Source: Bdellovibrionota bacterium
GTDB taxonomy: Bacteria > Bdellovibrionota_C > UBA2361 > JBIKUX01
NCBI GenBank assembly: GCA_044347345.1
Contig: JBIKUX010000005.1
Location: forward strand, 1-64,000
Direction: 5' to 3'
DNA: 64,000 nucleotides
Positions 1 through 9,614 of the stretch are shown piece after piece. The notes under the pieces were generated by a model. The model worked only from the letters and a program-made list of their open reading frames with translations, did no database searches and was not told the origin of the DNA. The translations under genes were made by a program, and so were the position numbers. Every line of letters starts with the position of its first letter. The stretch's first letter is position 1.

Positions 1-1807
1 CTGTGTAATCTAGCTCTTCACCTCTAATAATTCTATCAATTTCTGATCCATCAAGAGTTTCTTTATCGAGCAAATACTTCGCTAAACGATGCAAAGTATC
101 AATGTTTTCTTCTAAGATTTTCCGAGCTACTGCGTACTGGCGTAAAATAAATGCTTTAACTTCAGCATCTATTTCAGCTTGAGTTGAACCAGAAAATTGC
201 CTTGGAGTTCCTATCTCCTTACCTAAAAATATGTGTTCTTCCTTCACTTGAAATCTGATAGGACCCAAACGGTCACTCATCCCCCATTCGGAAACCATAC
301 TTCTGGCAATATCTGTGGCTCGCTGGATATCAGACGCAGCTCCGGTATTCATCTCACCAAATACCAGTTCCTCAGCAACCCTGCCCCCATATAAAACAGC
401 GAGAGTATCAAGAAAATATGATTTAGAATAAGTATGTTTGTCGTGTTCAGGCAATTGTTGCATTAAGCCAAGAGCAGTGCCTCTCGGAACTATCGTTAAC
501 TTATGCACAGGATCAGTGTGAGACAACATCTTAGCGACTAAAGCATGACCGCTTTCATGATATGCTGTGGTCTCTTTCTCTTTTTCGGTGAGCAAAAGAG
601 ACCTGCGCTCAGAGCCCATCATTACCTTGTCTTTAGCAAACTCAAAATCATCACGCTCAACAGAGTCACGATTCATTCTAGCGGCATTAAGAGCGGCTTC
701 ATTGACGAGAATCTCAAGGTCAGCTCCAGAAAATCCAGGAGTACCTCGTGCTACAATTGAAAGGTCAACATTATTAGAAAGTGGCACCTTCTTTGTGTGC
801 ACCTTGAGAATACCGAGACGTCCATTTATATCTGGTCTAGGTACTACAACTTGCCTATCGAACCTACCTGGACGAAGAAGCGCTGGATCTAACACATCTG
901 GCCGGTTCGTAGCCGCTATAAGGATAACTCCTTCATTGCTTTCAAACCCATCCATTTCTACAAGGAGCTGATTGAGAGTTTGCTCTCTCTCATCATGACC
1001 ACCACCCATACCAGCACCGCGGTGCCTACCGACTGCGTCGATTTCGTCAATAAAGATTATGCAAGGAGCATTTTTCTTACCCTGAACAAAAAGGTCTCTA
1101 ACTCGAGATGCTCCAACTCCAACAAACATCTCCACGAAATCAGACCCTGAGATACTAAAGAAAGGCACCCCCGCCTCACCAGCTATGGCCTTTGCCATTA
1201 AAGTCTTTCCGGTACCTGGAGAACCAACCAACAGTACTCCCTTTGGAATACGACCGCCTAAGCGAGTAAACTTCTTCGGATCTCTCAAAAATTCGATAAT
1301 TTCTGTCAGTTCCGAACGAGCTTCGTCAACTCCAGCAACATCTTCGAATGTCACCTTGTGCTGACTTTCCGTAAGCAGCTTAGCTCGCGACTTACCAAAG
1401 CTCATTCCTTTACCGGCGCCCATTTGCACCTGTCGCATCAAAAAGTACCACACACCTATAAGTAGTAACATCGGAAGTGCGTTAACTAACAGGATCAGGT
1501 ACCAGGGCTGATCAGAGGGCTCTTTTACCTCTATTTCAATTCCTTTACCGGTTAGCTTACCGATAAGATTGTCATCATCTGGAGCTATGGTTCGAAAGTT
1601 TTCCGCGTTCTTTACATACTCGCCATTAATTACACTCCCCTCAATTAGCACGGATTTAACGTTGTTCTCTTCAACAGCCTGTAAGAATTCTGAATAACTA
1701 ATCCTGCCAGTGTTCTCGGCATTCCGCCGAACCATTCCGTACAGGAGTAAGAAAACCAGTATAAATACTGACCAAATCACTAAGGGGTTACGGGTAAATT
1801 GACCCAA
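1..1807 (-). CDS. ftsH: ATP-dependent zinc metalloprotease FtsH (3' end runs off the window)
   Basis: Manual minus-strand translation: TTG start at 1807 after a GAGG RBS, two TM helices, Walker [25 protein letters not shown] and the zinc motif HESGH. Directly downstream of tilS. Not in the ORF track because it is truncated. Confidence 0.97.
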   Translation of the reverse strand, partial: MGQFTRNPLVIWSVFILVFLLLYGMVRRNAENTGRISYSEFLQAVEENNVKSVLIEGSVINGEYVKNAENFRTIAPDDDNLIGKLTGKGIEIEVKEPSDQPWYLILLVNALPMLLLIGVWYFLMRQVQMGAGKGMSFGKSRAKLLTESQHKVTFEDVAGVDEARSELTEIIEFLRDPKKFTRLGGRIPKGVLLVGSPGTGKTLMAKAIAGEAGVPFFSISGSDFVEMFVGVGASRVRDLFVQGKKNAPCIIFIDEIDAVGRHRGAGMGGGHDEREQTLNQLLVEMDGFESNEGVILIAATNRPDVLDPALLRPGRFDRQVVVPRPDINGRLGILKVHTKKVPLSNNVDLSIVARGTPGFSGADLEILVNEAALNAARMNRDSVERDDFEFAKDKVMMGSERRSLLLTEKEKETTAYHESGHALVAKMLSHTDPVHKLTIVPRGTALGLMQQLPEHDKHTYSKSYFLDTLAVLYGGRVAEELVFGEMNTGAASDIQRATDIARSMVSEWGMSDRLGPIRFQVKEEHIFLGKEIGTPRQFSGSTQAEIDAEVKAFILRQYAVARKILEENIDTLHRLAKYLLDKETLDGSEIDRIIRGEELDYT

Positions 1808-1902
1808 GTCGACCTCACATTCAATGCAGTTGTACAAACATATTATGACTAACTTATTCCTAGGCTACTACACCTTTTAAGTTGTCACCATAGCTAGGAT
1901 AC

Positions 1903-2937
1903 CTACCAATGCTTACTTTTACCATAATGTTCCTCACAAATTATGTCTCCTTGATATCTCCTAAGAGTAACTCTTGGAAGTTGAATCTCAGAACTATTTG
2001 ATAAAAAGAAAATTACTGCTCTTTGGCTGTGTTTTTCTCCTAATCTAAAATTAATTAAGGGAAGTAATGCCTCTTCCACTATTCGCCATCTAAGAAGCTC
2101 GGGAGCGGCAGCAATAGCTCGCTCGAGAGTATGTTTCCATTTCTGACTACCCACAATCAATACCTCATCGAATCCAGCTTTAAATAAGCGCTCTCTTGCC
2201 CATTCTCGAACGAGTTCAGTAGTTTCATGAATTTTAATGGCTTGTTTTTTAAGCTGCTCATCAACATTTTGGCCAAACTGCTCACGAAACTTAGGTAAAA
2301 TTTTATGCCTAATTTTATTTCTAGTACGTTCCATACTTTGGTTTGTAGGGTCTTCAGAAAAATTAATACCATACTGATCTGCAAATTGTATTATTTCTTG
2401 TCTAGACACCTCCCACAGCGGCCTAACTAAATTTCTGGCAGAATCCAAAGGATGAAGATACGTCATCTCTTTATTGGCTACTAGCTTAATTAGCAATCCC
2501 TCAATAACGTCATTACTGGTATGAGCTGTACACACGAAATTAGCTTTTACATCAATTCTTACTTGTTCTAAGAAGCTGTACCTCTGTCGACGAGCCCAAG
2601 CTTCAACATTGCCGTCGGTTTTCGCATTGTACGCATGTTTAGGCTGTCCCAATACGCAAGCTATCCCTAACTTTTCAGCTTGTTCTTTAACAAGCTCTGC
2701 ATCCTTAGAGCTATCCGGTCGCAATTTATGGTCAAAATGAGCAACAGTCCACTTGAAATGATAATCAACTGGCACAATATTTCCATTCCACGCAGCATGA
2801 AGCATCACCATGCTATCTATGCCACCTGATACGGCTAATATGCAATGTAGCAAATGCTTAGAACCAATAGTATTGGTTGAATTAAAGGAAGTCGGATTAG
2901 ACGAAACGCGCGAAAAATTAAGAAGTACTTTGTTCAC
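1903..2937 (-). CDS. tilS: tRNA(Ile)-lysidine synthetase
   Basis: PP-loop AVSGGIDSM, HFDHKLR, ARRQRY, TAHT, RPL, EDPTN...RNKIR; tilS-ftsH synteny. Confidence 0.95.
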   Translation of the reverse strand: MNKVLLNFSRVSSNPTSFNSTNTIGSKHLLHCILAVSGGIDSMVMLHAAWNGNIVPVDYHFKWTVAHFDHKLRPDSSKDAELVKEQAEKLGIACVLGQPKHAYNAKTDGNVEAWARRQRYSFLEQVRIDVKANFVCTAHTSNDVIEGLLIKLVANKEMTYLHPLDSARNLVRPLWEVSRQEIIQFADQYGINFSEDPTNQSMERTRNKIRHKILPKFREQFGQNVDEQLKKQAIKIHETTELVREWARERLFKAGFDEVLIVGSQKWKHTLERAIAAAPELLRWRIVEEALLPLINFRLGEKHSQRAVIFFLSNSSEIQLPRVTLRRYQGDIICEEHYGKSKHW

Positions 2938-2955
2938 CCGAGCTTAATTTGTCCT

Positions 2956-3366
2956 CTAACCAAGTTTGCGAAACCGGTCAACACTAACCGCACCAGCCCC
3001 ACTGTATAACAACGAAAGAGCCGCTCCCAACAAAATAACATCCTTGTTAAATAATCGACCGCTATTCGGAAAGAGACCAAGAGCTATTATAAAAGAACTA
3101 AGAAGAACAGATGCTGAAATAGCGGCAGCAGTAGTCCAATAACCGAGTAATAAAAGAGTGCCCACTGTTATTTCTGCATACGGTAGTAAATGCCCGTAAA
3201 CAATAGCAAGCTGATCAGGCAAAATCCCAAACGACCTAACTTCATTAACAAACGCAACTATACTATCAATTTTAACTAAACCCGCTAAAACAAAGTAAGC
3301 TCCTAAGCCAACTCTAATCAGGAAAGGAGCATAGAGTGGATTACCTATTGGTTCGTTAGGTTTCAT
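2956..3366 (-). CDS. DoxX/MauE-family membrane protein
   Basis: Four hydrophobic helices; LIRVGLG...AGLVK, E-x-x-x-G-x-LLLLG and GAG-x-x-SVD patterns. Confidence 0.8.
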   Translation of the reverse strand: MKPNEPIGNPLYAPFLIRVGLGAYFVLAGLVKIDSIVAFVNEVRSFGILPDQLAIVYGHLLPYAEITVGTLLLLGYWTTAAAISASVLLSSFIIALGLFPNSGRLFNKDVILLGAALSLLYSGAGAVSVDRFRKLG

Positions 3367-3557
3367 TACACACTCGCAGTATTAAGTAACACAAAAATTT
3401 TCACCATATTACATTATGATAACCGCCACTTAAAAGATCATAACTTAAAAAAAGCAACGACAGGGAACTCGTACCCTTACACCTCATACTAGAAGCATTA
3501 TAGCGAGCGGTGTATCACGAACATCCAGCTCTGATGGGGTTTCTATTCTTAGAGCTT

Positions 3558-4694
3558 CTACTTTGCAAGAACAAACTCGTCACCCGACAAGGTTATTTTT
3601 AAGGGCTCAATGACCACCTCTCTGACATTTGCCTTTTCAGTTCTCCCGGCCAAAATCGCCTTCAAACCCAAATCTTTAGCATGGCCTATTACTGCCAAAG
3701 CATCAGACTCGTTTTTTAGAAAAAAAGCGAAACCAGCACCACAATTAAATACCTTGTACAAATCAAGATCATTCATATTCAGAGCATTTTTGATAAATGG
3801 AAAAATCTCTTTTTCTGGGGGAAGTGTATGAATAGTATATCTGAGCGAAGATTTACTACGCATTAATTTTTGCCAACCATGACCAGTAATGTGTTCTAAA
3901 TTTGTCGGTCTAATTCCAGAGCTTAAAACTCGCTCAACAAGAGGAGAGTATAAAACCGAAGGAGCGTTAATTGCTTGCCAATACTCAAGTCCTGATGGAA
4001 GCCTAGTGCGGTATCCGTCAGTAAGGTTTAAGGCCAAATTACGAAGAGTAGTGAACCCATTTTCATGCGGTCCACTACTTTCAACAAGTACGATTGTGTT
4101 ATTAGGTTCTACTGATACACCCTTCATAGGCACTACACCCTTGGGAGGTACTGCCACTAACGCTCCAGCACAATCAATGACACCAGAAAATAATTTTGAT
4201 TTGAGCTGAGGTGTTTCTCCAGATAGGTAAACACACCCTAATTTTTTACAACCCTCTACGATTCCGGGTAAAAAACCACGAAGAAAACTCAAGGAAAATA
4301 CCGACTCCGGTGTACTGGAAGGCAAATATAGTCCCAAAAGTAGTGGTCTAAGCCCGCCTGAAGCTGCATCGTTTGTAAGACATGACAAAACCTTTTGGGA
4401 AATATTCCACCAAAAGACGGTAAGTTCCTCCTCAGATAAATCATCGGGTCTAGCATCATCCGCTGTTCCAAGACCCTCTGGAATCAGGGATATTACCAAA
4501 GAGTCTGCACCTTCACCGATTAATTCTTTAAGGTTGATTGAAAACAGATTGGCACTAGCGCCAAGTTCTGGCGTTAATACTACTCCGTAAGGTTCAGCAA
4601 AGGTAATCGTAGCCCTTGCCGCCTCAATAAAGGCCAGTTTGGCTGAGTCAAGGGTAGCATAATCAACGTGGTCAAAGGTGAGTGATGGCTTCAT
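3558..4694 (-). CDS. purM: AIR synthase (PurM-like), divergent
   Basis: NDAASGG, SGETP, SSGPHENGFT, HITGHG and FNCGAGF match PurM motifs. ATG at 4694 chosen to avoid overlap with nadA. Confidence 0.8.
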   Translation of the reverse strand: MKPSLTFDHVDYATLDSAKLAFIEAARATITFAEPYGVVLTPELGASANLFSINLKELIGEGADSLVISLIPEGLGTADDARPDDLSEEELTVFWWNISQKVLSCLTNDAASGGLRPLLLGLYLPSSTPESVFSLSFLRGFLPGIVEGCKKLGCVYLSGETPQLKSKLFSGVIDCAGALVAVPPKGVVPMKGVSVEPNNTIVLVESSGPHENGFTTLRNLALNLTDGYRTRLPSGLEYWQAINAPSVLYSPLVERVLSSGIRPTNLEHITGHGWQKLMRSKSSLRYTIHTLPPEKEIFPFIKNALNMNDLDLYKVFNCGAGFAFFLKNESDALAVIGHAKDLGLKAILAGRTEKANVREVVIEPLKITLSGDEFVLAK

Positions 4695-4774
4695 TGTGGA
4701 TTCTTTACACCACGGAAAAGGCGTCAGAGTCAACTGTAGTGATTAGTATTATCTGTTTGTGGTATTGTTTTGTC

Positions 4775-5971
4775 ATGAGCATAAATACACCTTCTCAATC
4801 AATCAATAAATTAACCTTTAAAGATAAAATTCCATCAGAGGATGATCTAATAGCTTGGATGAAAGCTAAACTTGGAGCTGTAGTGCCCGAGGTAGAGCTT
4901 GTTGCCAAGGCTCCTCTGGTGCGGCAGATTTTACAACTAAAAAGAGACAGTGACGTTATTATTCTCGGTCACAATTATATGGAGCCTGTATTATTCCATA
5001 CTGTAACTGATTTTGTGGGAGATTCCTTAGAACTCTCGCGAAAAGCCTCAGAAACTACCGCAGAAACTATCATTTTCTGCGGTGTTAGATTTATGGCAGA
5101 AACGGCAAAAATACTTAATCCTTCACGTAGAGTATTACTTCCAGCTCGTGTAGCTGGTTGTTCGCTAGCGGCGAGTATTACGGCTCAAGATGTGCGAGAA
5201 TTAAGGTTATTATATCCAGATACTCCAGTAGTTACTTACATAAATACTTATGCTGACGTAAAGGCTGAAACAGATATTTGTTGTACTTCAGGAAACGCCG
5301 CTAAGATAATAGCTTCTCTGCCTGGTGACCAAGTCATATTTCTTCCTGATGAATATCTTGCCAAAAACTTAGCTAAGGAAACCGGCAAACGCTTCATAGT
5401 CCCACGGTATCCCCCGTCAAAAATTAAAAATAATCCTAATATTGCCGAGATAACAGTCACGATAGATGGTCGAGACGACCTTATAAGTGGCTGTAAAGAT
5501 GCATTAGGAATAGAGTCTCCGGAAGGAGATGATCACCCTCAGCTAAAATCAGTCATAGGATGGCATGGAAAATGTGAAGTCCATGATCAGTTTACAAGCG
5601 CCGACGTTAAAAACGCCCGTCGTCAATTTCCTGATGCAATTATCTTGGCACATCCAGAATGTCATCCAGAGGTAACAGAGTTGGTAGATTTTACAGGAAG
5701 CACCTCTGCAATGATTGCCTTTATTCAAGGAGCACCCGCCAAAAAAAAATATATCTTACTTACTGAATGTAGTATGGGAGACAATATTGCGGCTGAGAAT
5801 CCAGAGAAAGAAATGATTCGCTTTTGTAGCGTGAGATGTCCGCACATGAATGAAATTACCCTAGAAGATACCCTTCATGCTATGCTTACGGGAGAACAAG
5901 AAATTAAACTTGACCCTGATATTATCCAGAGAGCTCGTTCATCACTCGACCGAATGCTTGAGTTGTCATAG
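4775..5971 (+). CDS. nadA: Quinolinate synthase
   Basis: GHNY, GDSLELS, FCGVRFMAETAKILNP, AGCSLA, CTSGNA, CEVH, AHPEC, CPHM (three Fe-S Cys). ATG at 4775 preferred. Confidence 0.96.
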   Translation: MSINTPSQSINKLTFKDKIPSEDDLIAWMKAKLGAVVPEVELVAKAPLVRQILQLKRDSDVIILGHNYMEPVLFHTVTDFVGDSLELSRKASETTAETIIFCGVRFMAETAKILNPSRRVLLPARVAGCSLAASITAQDVRELRLLYPDTPVVTYINTYADVKAETDICCTSGNAAKIIASLPGDQVIFLPDEYLAKNLAKETGKRFIVPRYPPSKIKNNPNIAEITVTIDGRDDLISGCKDALGIESPEGDDHPQLKSVIGWHGKCEVHDQFTSADVKNARRQFPDAIILAHPECHPEVTELVDFTGSTSAMIAFIQGAPAKKKYILLTECSMGDNIAAENPEKEMIRFCSVRCPHMNEITLEDTLHAMLTGEQEIKLDPDIIQRARSSLDRMLELS

Positions 5972-5991
5972 AGAGATACTAAGGTAAATTT

Positions 5992-6414
5992 ATGTCTCCA
6001 CGCGTTCGAGCAATAGTGGCAACAAGAGTAAACAATTTTGACAGTAAAAAAAATTTAATCCCTCTGGCAAAACAAATAGCCAGCCAAAATCGTGAGCATC
6101 AAATAGGTGGGTTAATTTGTTATGGTAACGGGTCTTTTTTACAACTTATTGAAGGAGAGAGACTAGAGATCAGCCGAGCTCTTATAAGAATTGGCCGTGT
6201 TGCACCAGATACAACAGAGTTTTTGGGTCTTAGAGAAGTCCGTGAGGATGACATTAAATTTGAAGAATGGCTCGAAGAACCTTTCATAATTGAAAATACT
6301 TTCGCCATATTTAGCAGAGAGAGTTTTGCCCCAAATACTTTTTCGTTTTTAGTAGCTGAAGCTCTAATTACATCACTTTTTAAAAATAATCATACAGATA
6401 AGAAATGTATTTAA
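5992..6414 (+). CDS. BLUF-domain protein (degenerate)
   Basis: QNREHQIGGLI...FLQLIEG...FEEW matches the BLUF core (N..ITGxL...FxQxLEG...FxxW). The conserved N-terminal Tyr is absent. Confidence 0.7.
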   Translation: MSPRVRAIVATRVNNFDSKKNLIPLAKQIASQNREHQIGGLICYGNGSFLQLIEGERLEISRALIRIGRVAPDTTEFLGLREVREDDIKFEEWLEEPFIIENTFAIFSRESFAPNTFSFLVAEALITSLFKNNHTDKKCI

Positions 6415-6424
6415 TTAGCTTAGT

Positions 6425-6919
6425 TTATTCAGAAAACCTTACCTTGATCAGCATCAAAACACCTTCTCTTCGAATGGTTATACTGCCCGATTTTTCATCT
6501 CGAAGTAGAGTTAGAAATTTTGGAAAATTTTGTGATTCAAAAATTACGTAATCATTTGCTGCAAGAATAATGTCAGCGTTTTGTAATCCTAAAAGCTGAT
6601 AAGCACTCCCATCTCTTACGCCGAACAACCTGTACTCTGGACTAGTTGAAGAGGCATACTGATTCTTTAAAATAGGAACCAACCGGATTGTGGCTAGTAA
6701 GTGCTCATTACCAACTGCCTGAAGGTACTCTGAACGAGAAACAACAACTTCAACGGTTTTGATTGGCTGATTAGATGGCTCAACTTCACTAAACTTTAAC
6801 GGTAAATTACCGCTTGGCGCCCTCAAACATCCGCATACTAGTAAACTAAAAAAAATATTACTGAGTAAGTAAAGCAAGAATTTACTACCAATGATTGCTT
6901 TAAAAATCGCCTTGTCCAT
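6425..6919 (-). CDS. Lipoprotein with GspC-type PDZ domain
   Basis: Hydrophobic N-terminus ending LLVCGC. YRLFGVRDGSAYQLLGLQNADIILAAN...ITIRREG resembles the PDZ domain of T2SS GspC. Confidence 0.65.
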   Translation of the reverse strand: MDKAIFKAIIGSKFLLYLLSNIFFSLLVCGCLRAPSGNLPLKFSEVEPSNQPIKTVEVVVSRSEYLQAVGNEHLLATIRLVPILKNQYASSTSPEYRLFGVRDGSAYQLLGLQNADIILAANDYVIFESQNFPKFLTLLRDEKSGSITIRREGVLMLIKVRFSE

Positions 6920-6920
6920 C

Positions 6921-7568
6921 TTATTTTTCCTTTGGACCTAAATTCTCTAAAAATGTCCGATCAATCCGCTTAGCACGCATTTTTTCCGATTTAACAATAT
7001 TTTTAATATTATCTACAGCAGTCTGAATATTGTCATTTATTACTAAATAATCAAATTGGTCACTAGCTTCAACCAAACAAGTATACTCGCGCTGAGCAGA
7101 GGCAAGCCTAACTTGTCGCTCATTTTTATCATCACCACGACTAATCAAGCGTTCATCTAAGACATCACTATTTGATGGAGACAAAAATATTAACACTGAA
7201 TTATTAGGATATTTTGTCTTAAAAGACAGTGCTCCTCTTACGTCTATAATTAGTAAAGGACTAAAGCCTGATTCAACTACTGCGTTAAGTGCATCATTTG
7301 TTGTGCCATAATAATTTCCGTGAGTTTCCTCCCATTCAAAAAAAGCGCCATGCTGTATTTTATTCTTAAATTCTTGAGAAGTTACAAAATAGTAACTCTG
7401 ACCTTGAACTTCATCCTGTCTAGGCAAACGTGACGTAGTAGTAACTACTCTCTTAATAAAAAGGGTTTCATCCTGCAATAAAGCATTAGCTACCGTCGTT
7501 TTTCCGCTTCCGGCTGCTCCTACTAAGCAAAAAAAAGGTGCTACGGTAAGTGGTAGTTGCTGGTTCAT
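6921..7568 (-). CDS. gmk: Guanylate kinase
   Basis: GAAGSGKTT, TTSRLPR..EVQG..YYF, HGNYYGT, FDYLVIND; follows yicC. Confidence 0.95.
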   Translation of the reverse strand: MNQQLPLTVAPFFCLVGAAGSGKTTVANALLQDETLFIKRVVTTTSRLPRQDEVQGQSYYFVTSQEFKNKIQHGAFFEWEETHGNYYGTTNDALNAVVESGFSPLLIIDVRGALSFKTKYPNNSVLIFLSPSNSDVLDERLISRGDDKNERQVRLASAQREYTCLVEASDQFDYLVINDNIQTAVDNIKNIVKSEKMRAKRIDRTFLENLGPKEK

Positions 7569-7581
7569 AAAGACATTCCAA

Positions 7582-8541
7582 TCATTCAATATTACACACC
7601 TGTTCTCGCAACCGTTCAACCTCTAATTTGCCTTGAACAACTAAGTCAGTTACCTGAGAGCGTCGTACTTTTGATCCAATAGTTGTTAGCTCTCTTTGTA
7701 ACTCCTGTAGATAAAATTCTAACTTCTTACCACAAGGAGAAGATTCTACAGCTTTATCTAAATTAACTAGATGACTTTTTATCCGAACTAATTCTTCTTC
7801 AACATCAGCCTTGTCGGCTATTAAGGCTACTTCCTGCCATAATCTATCAGAATCTTTTGCATCTAGTGATCGTACTTGACTAATTAATCGCCCCACTCTT
7901 TCTTGTAACTCCGTGAAGAGTTTTTCAATGTTCTGACTTGTCTCACTACACAAACGTTGATAAATTTGGCGGACTAATTCAATTCTGTTCGATATATCTT
8001 TACGGAGATTGCTTCCTTCATTGTAACGAGAAACTAATAACTCATTAATTGCCTGAGTTACGCTGTAGTCTAATGCTGTTTGCTGAGAATCACTTAAAAT
8101 TTCACTACTATCTTCACGATTCACATTCCAAACTTCGCTTCGTTTTAAAGAAGCTAAAATCAACTTTTGCTGCAAAGCATCAGTTACCGGTAGATGCTTT
8201 CTAGCAAAATCAATCATTTCTCGAAACAATAACTCAGCACTCTCATGATTAAGAGACTGTGCTTCTACTTTTGGTCTTGCGATATAAATTAAAACTTCAA
8301 TTTTTCCTCGAGAGAATGCAGCCGAAATTTTTTGCCTTAAACTAGACTCTATATGCCCCTGTAATCGTGCACCCTTCATGATGATATCAAGAAACCTACT
8401 ATTTACTGAGCGCATTTCAACTCTTACAAGCCCTCCATCAGCAATCTGACAAACAGATTGGCTAAATCCAGTCATACTTTGCAAGACGCCCTTTGAATCT
8501 TGGATTTTATCCTCAGCCACACACATAAAATTTGCGCTCAC
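7582..8541 (-). CDS. yicC: YicC/YloC family endoribonuclease
   Basis: SMTGF, EMRSVNSRFLD, RGKIE, DVEEELVRI, GKKLEFYLQE..RE..TIGSK, REQVCNIE. Confidence 0.93.
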   Translation of the reverse strand: MSANFMCVAEDKIQDSKGVLQSMTGFSQSVCQIADGGLVRVEMRSVNSRFLDIIMKGARLQGHIESSLRQKISAAFSRGKIEVLIYIARPKVEAQSLNHESAELLFREMIDFARKHLPVTDALQQKLILASLKRSEVWNVNREDSSEILSDSQQTALDYSVTQAINELLVSRYNEGSNLRKDISNRIELVRQIYQRLCSETSQNIEKLFTELQERVGRLISQVRSLDAKDSDRLWQEVALIADKADVEEELVRIKSHLVNLDKAVESSPCGKKLEFYLQELQRELTTIGSKVRRSQVTDLVVQGKLEVERLREQVCNIE

Positions 8542-8567
8542 ATGATCATTTCAACTTCGCTGAATTT

Positions 8568-9614
8568 TTACAGCAGATAAAAAGCTTCTACTTCTTGCAT
8601 GAGAAGATCGAGCCTAATTGGAACGGTACCTACCTCTGCTACTACCATACCCGCCGCAAGATTCGCTATGCATCCTGCCATTTCTGCTGATGCACCAGCT
8701 GCAAGGAGCGCTGTAAAGGTAGCAGTAACAGCATCACCGGCACCAGATACATCAAAAACGGATAACGCTTGAGCTGGCAATCTATGCACTTCTTCAGGCT
8801 TATTAGGCTCATTCTGCACAATAACTAGACCATCCTCTCCCAATGTTATAAGAGCCATTTGAAGCCGCCACAAACCAAGCAGCGTGCGAGCAGCACTTAT
8901 AAATTCTTCATTATTACTTAACTTAAGACCAGTAGCTTGCTCTGCTTCATGTCGATTGGGTTTTGCAACCGATATTCCACCATTAAAATATAGGTGAGTA
9001 TTACGAGGATGTGGATCAAGAACGACTGGCTTTTTAGATATACCAGTAATACCTTGTCGCGCTGCCTCTGCTAAGATAGCCATCATAGGATTCGAGACAA
9101 CTCCTTTACCATAATCAGATATAATTATGGCGTCACTTCGCTCCAATTCTCTTTCGAGCAGAGTTGCTAACTCCAGTTGTGAAACTTCAGAAAGTGGCGC
9201 TAAATTCTCTTTATCAATACGCACTATCTGCTGTGATTGAGCTACCACTCGTGTCTTTATTATTGTGGGATGTTGTTCTGATGCAATTACTCCCTGCGTA
9301 GCTACTCCATTCGCATCCAGGTAGGCTCTAATAATTTCACCTTCTGCATCCATTCCAACTACGCCTATCATAGTCACCTTAGCACCCAACTCGCAGAGAT
9401 TTCTCACAACAAGTCCGGCTCCACCAACGCGATCATCGGTATGGGTCATCTGAACGACAGGCACTGGAGCCTCTGGCGAAATACGATTACACCGCCCCCA
9501 AATATACCGATCTAGCATTAAGTCTCCCACTACTAAGATATGCAATTTTGGAATTGCAGCGATTAGCTGACGAGCAAGCTCGGCAGATCCCGCTGAGGGA
9601 ATCTGATTAGGCAT
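8568..9614 (-). CDS. hldA: D-glycero-D-manno-heptose-7-phosphate kinase (stand-alone HldA/RfaE1)
   Basis: VGDLMLDRY..G...RISPEAPVPVV, SDYGKG, KPNRHE, DVSGAGD. No adenylyltransferase domain. Confidence 0.93.
   Translation of the reverse strand: MPNQIPSAGSAELARQLIAAIPKLHILVVGDLMLDRYIWGRCNRISPEAPVPVVQMTHTDDRVGGAGLVVRNLCELGAKVTMIGVVGMDAEGEIIRAYLDANGVATQGVIASEQHPTIIKTRVVAQSQQIVRIDKENLAPLSEVSQLELATLLERELERSDAIIISDYGKGVVSNPMMAILAEAARQGITGISKKPVVLDPHPRNTHLYFNGGISVAKPNRHEAEQATGLKLSNNEEFISAARTLLGLWRLQMALITLGEDGLVIVQNEPNKPEEVHRLPAQALSVFDVSGAGDAVTATFTALLAAGASAEMAGCIANLAAGMVVAEVGTVPIRLDLLMQEVEAFYLL

Noticed and set aside
545-971. Plus-strand ORFs 545-760 and 567-971, and similar short shadow ORFs across the window (e.g. 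3889-4209, 30512-30907, 39302-39757, 56076-56789)
   Set aside because: They are antisense or out-of-frame shadows of well-supported genes (ftsH, purM, COG0523, MFS etc.) with no motifs of their own.
5400-5550. Intein in nadA
   Set aside because: Too short, and lacks the C/S start and HN-C/S/T end motifs.
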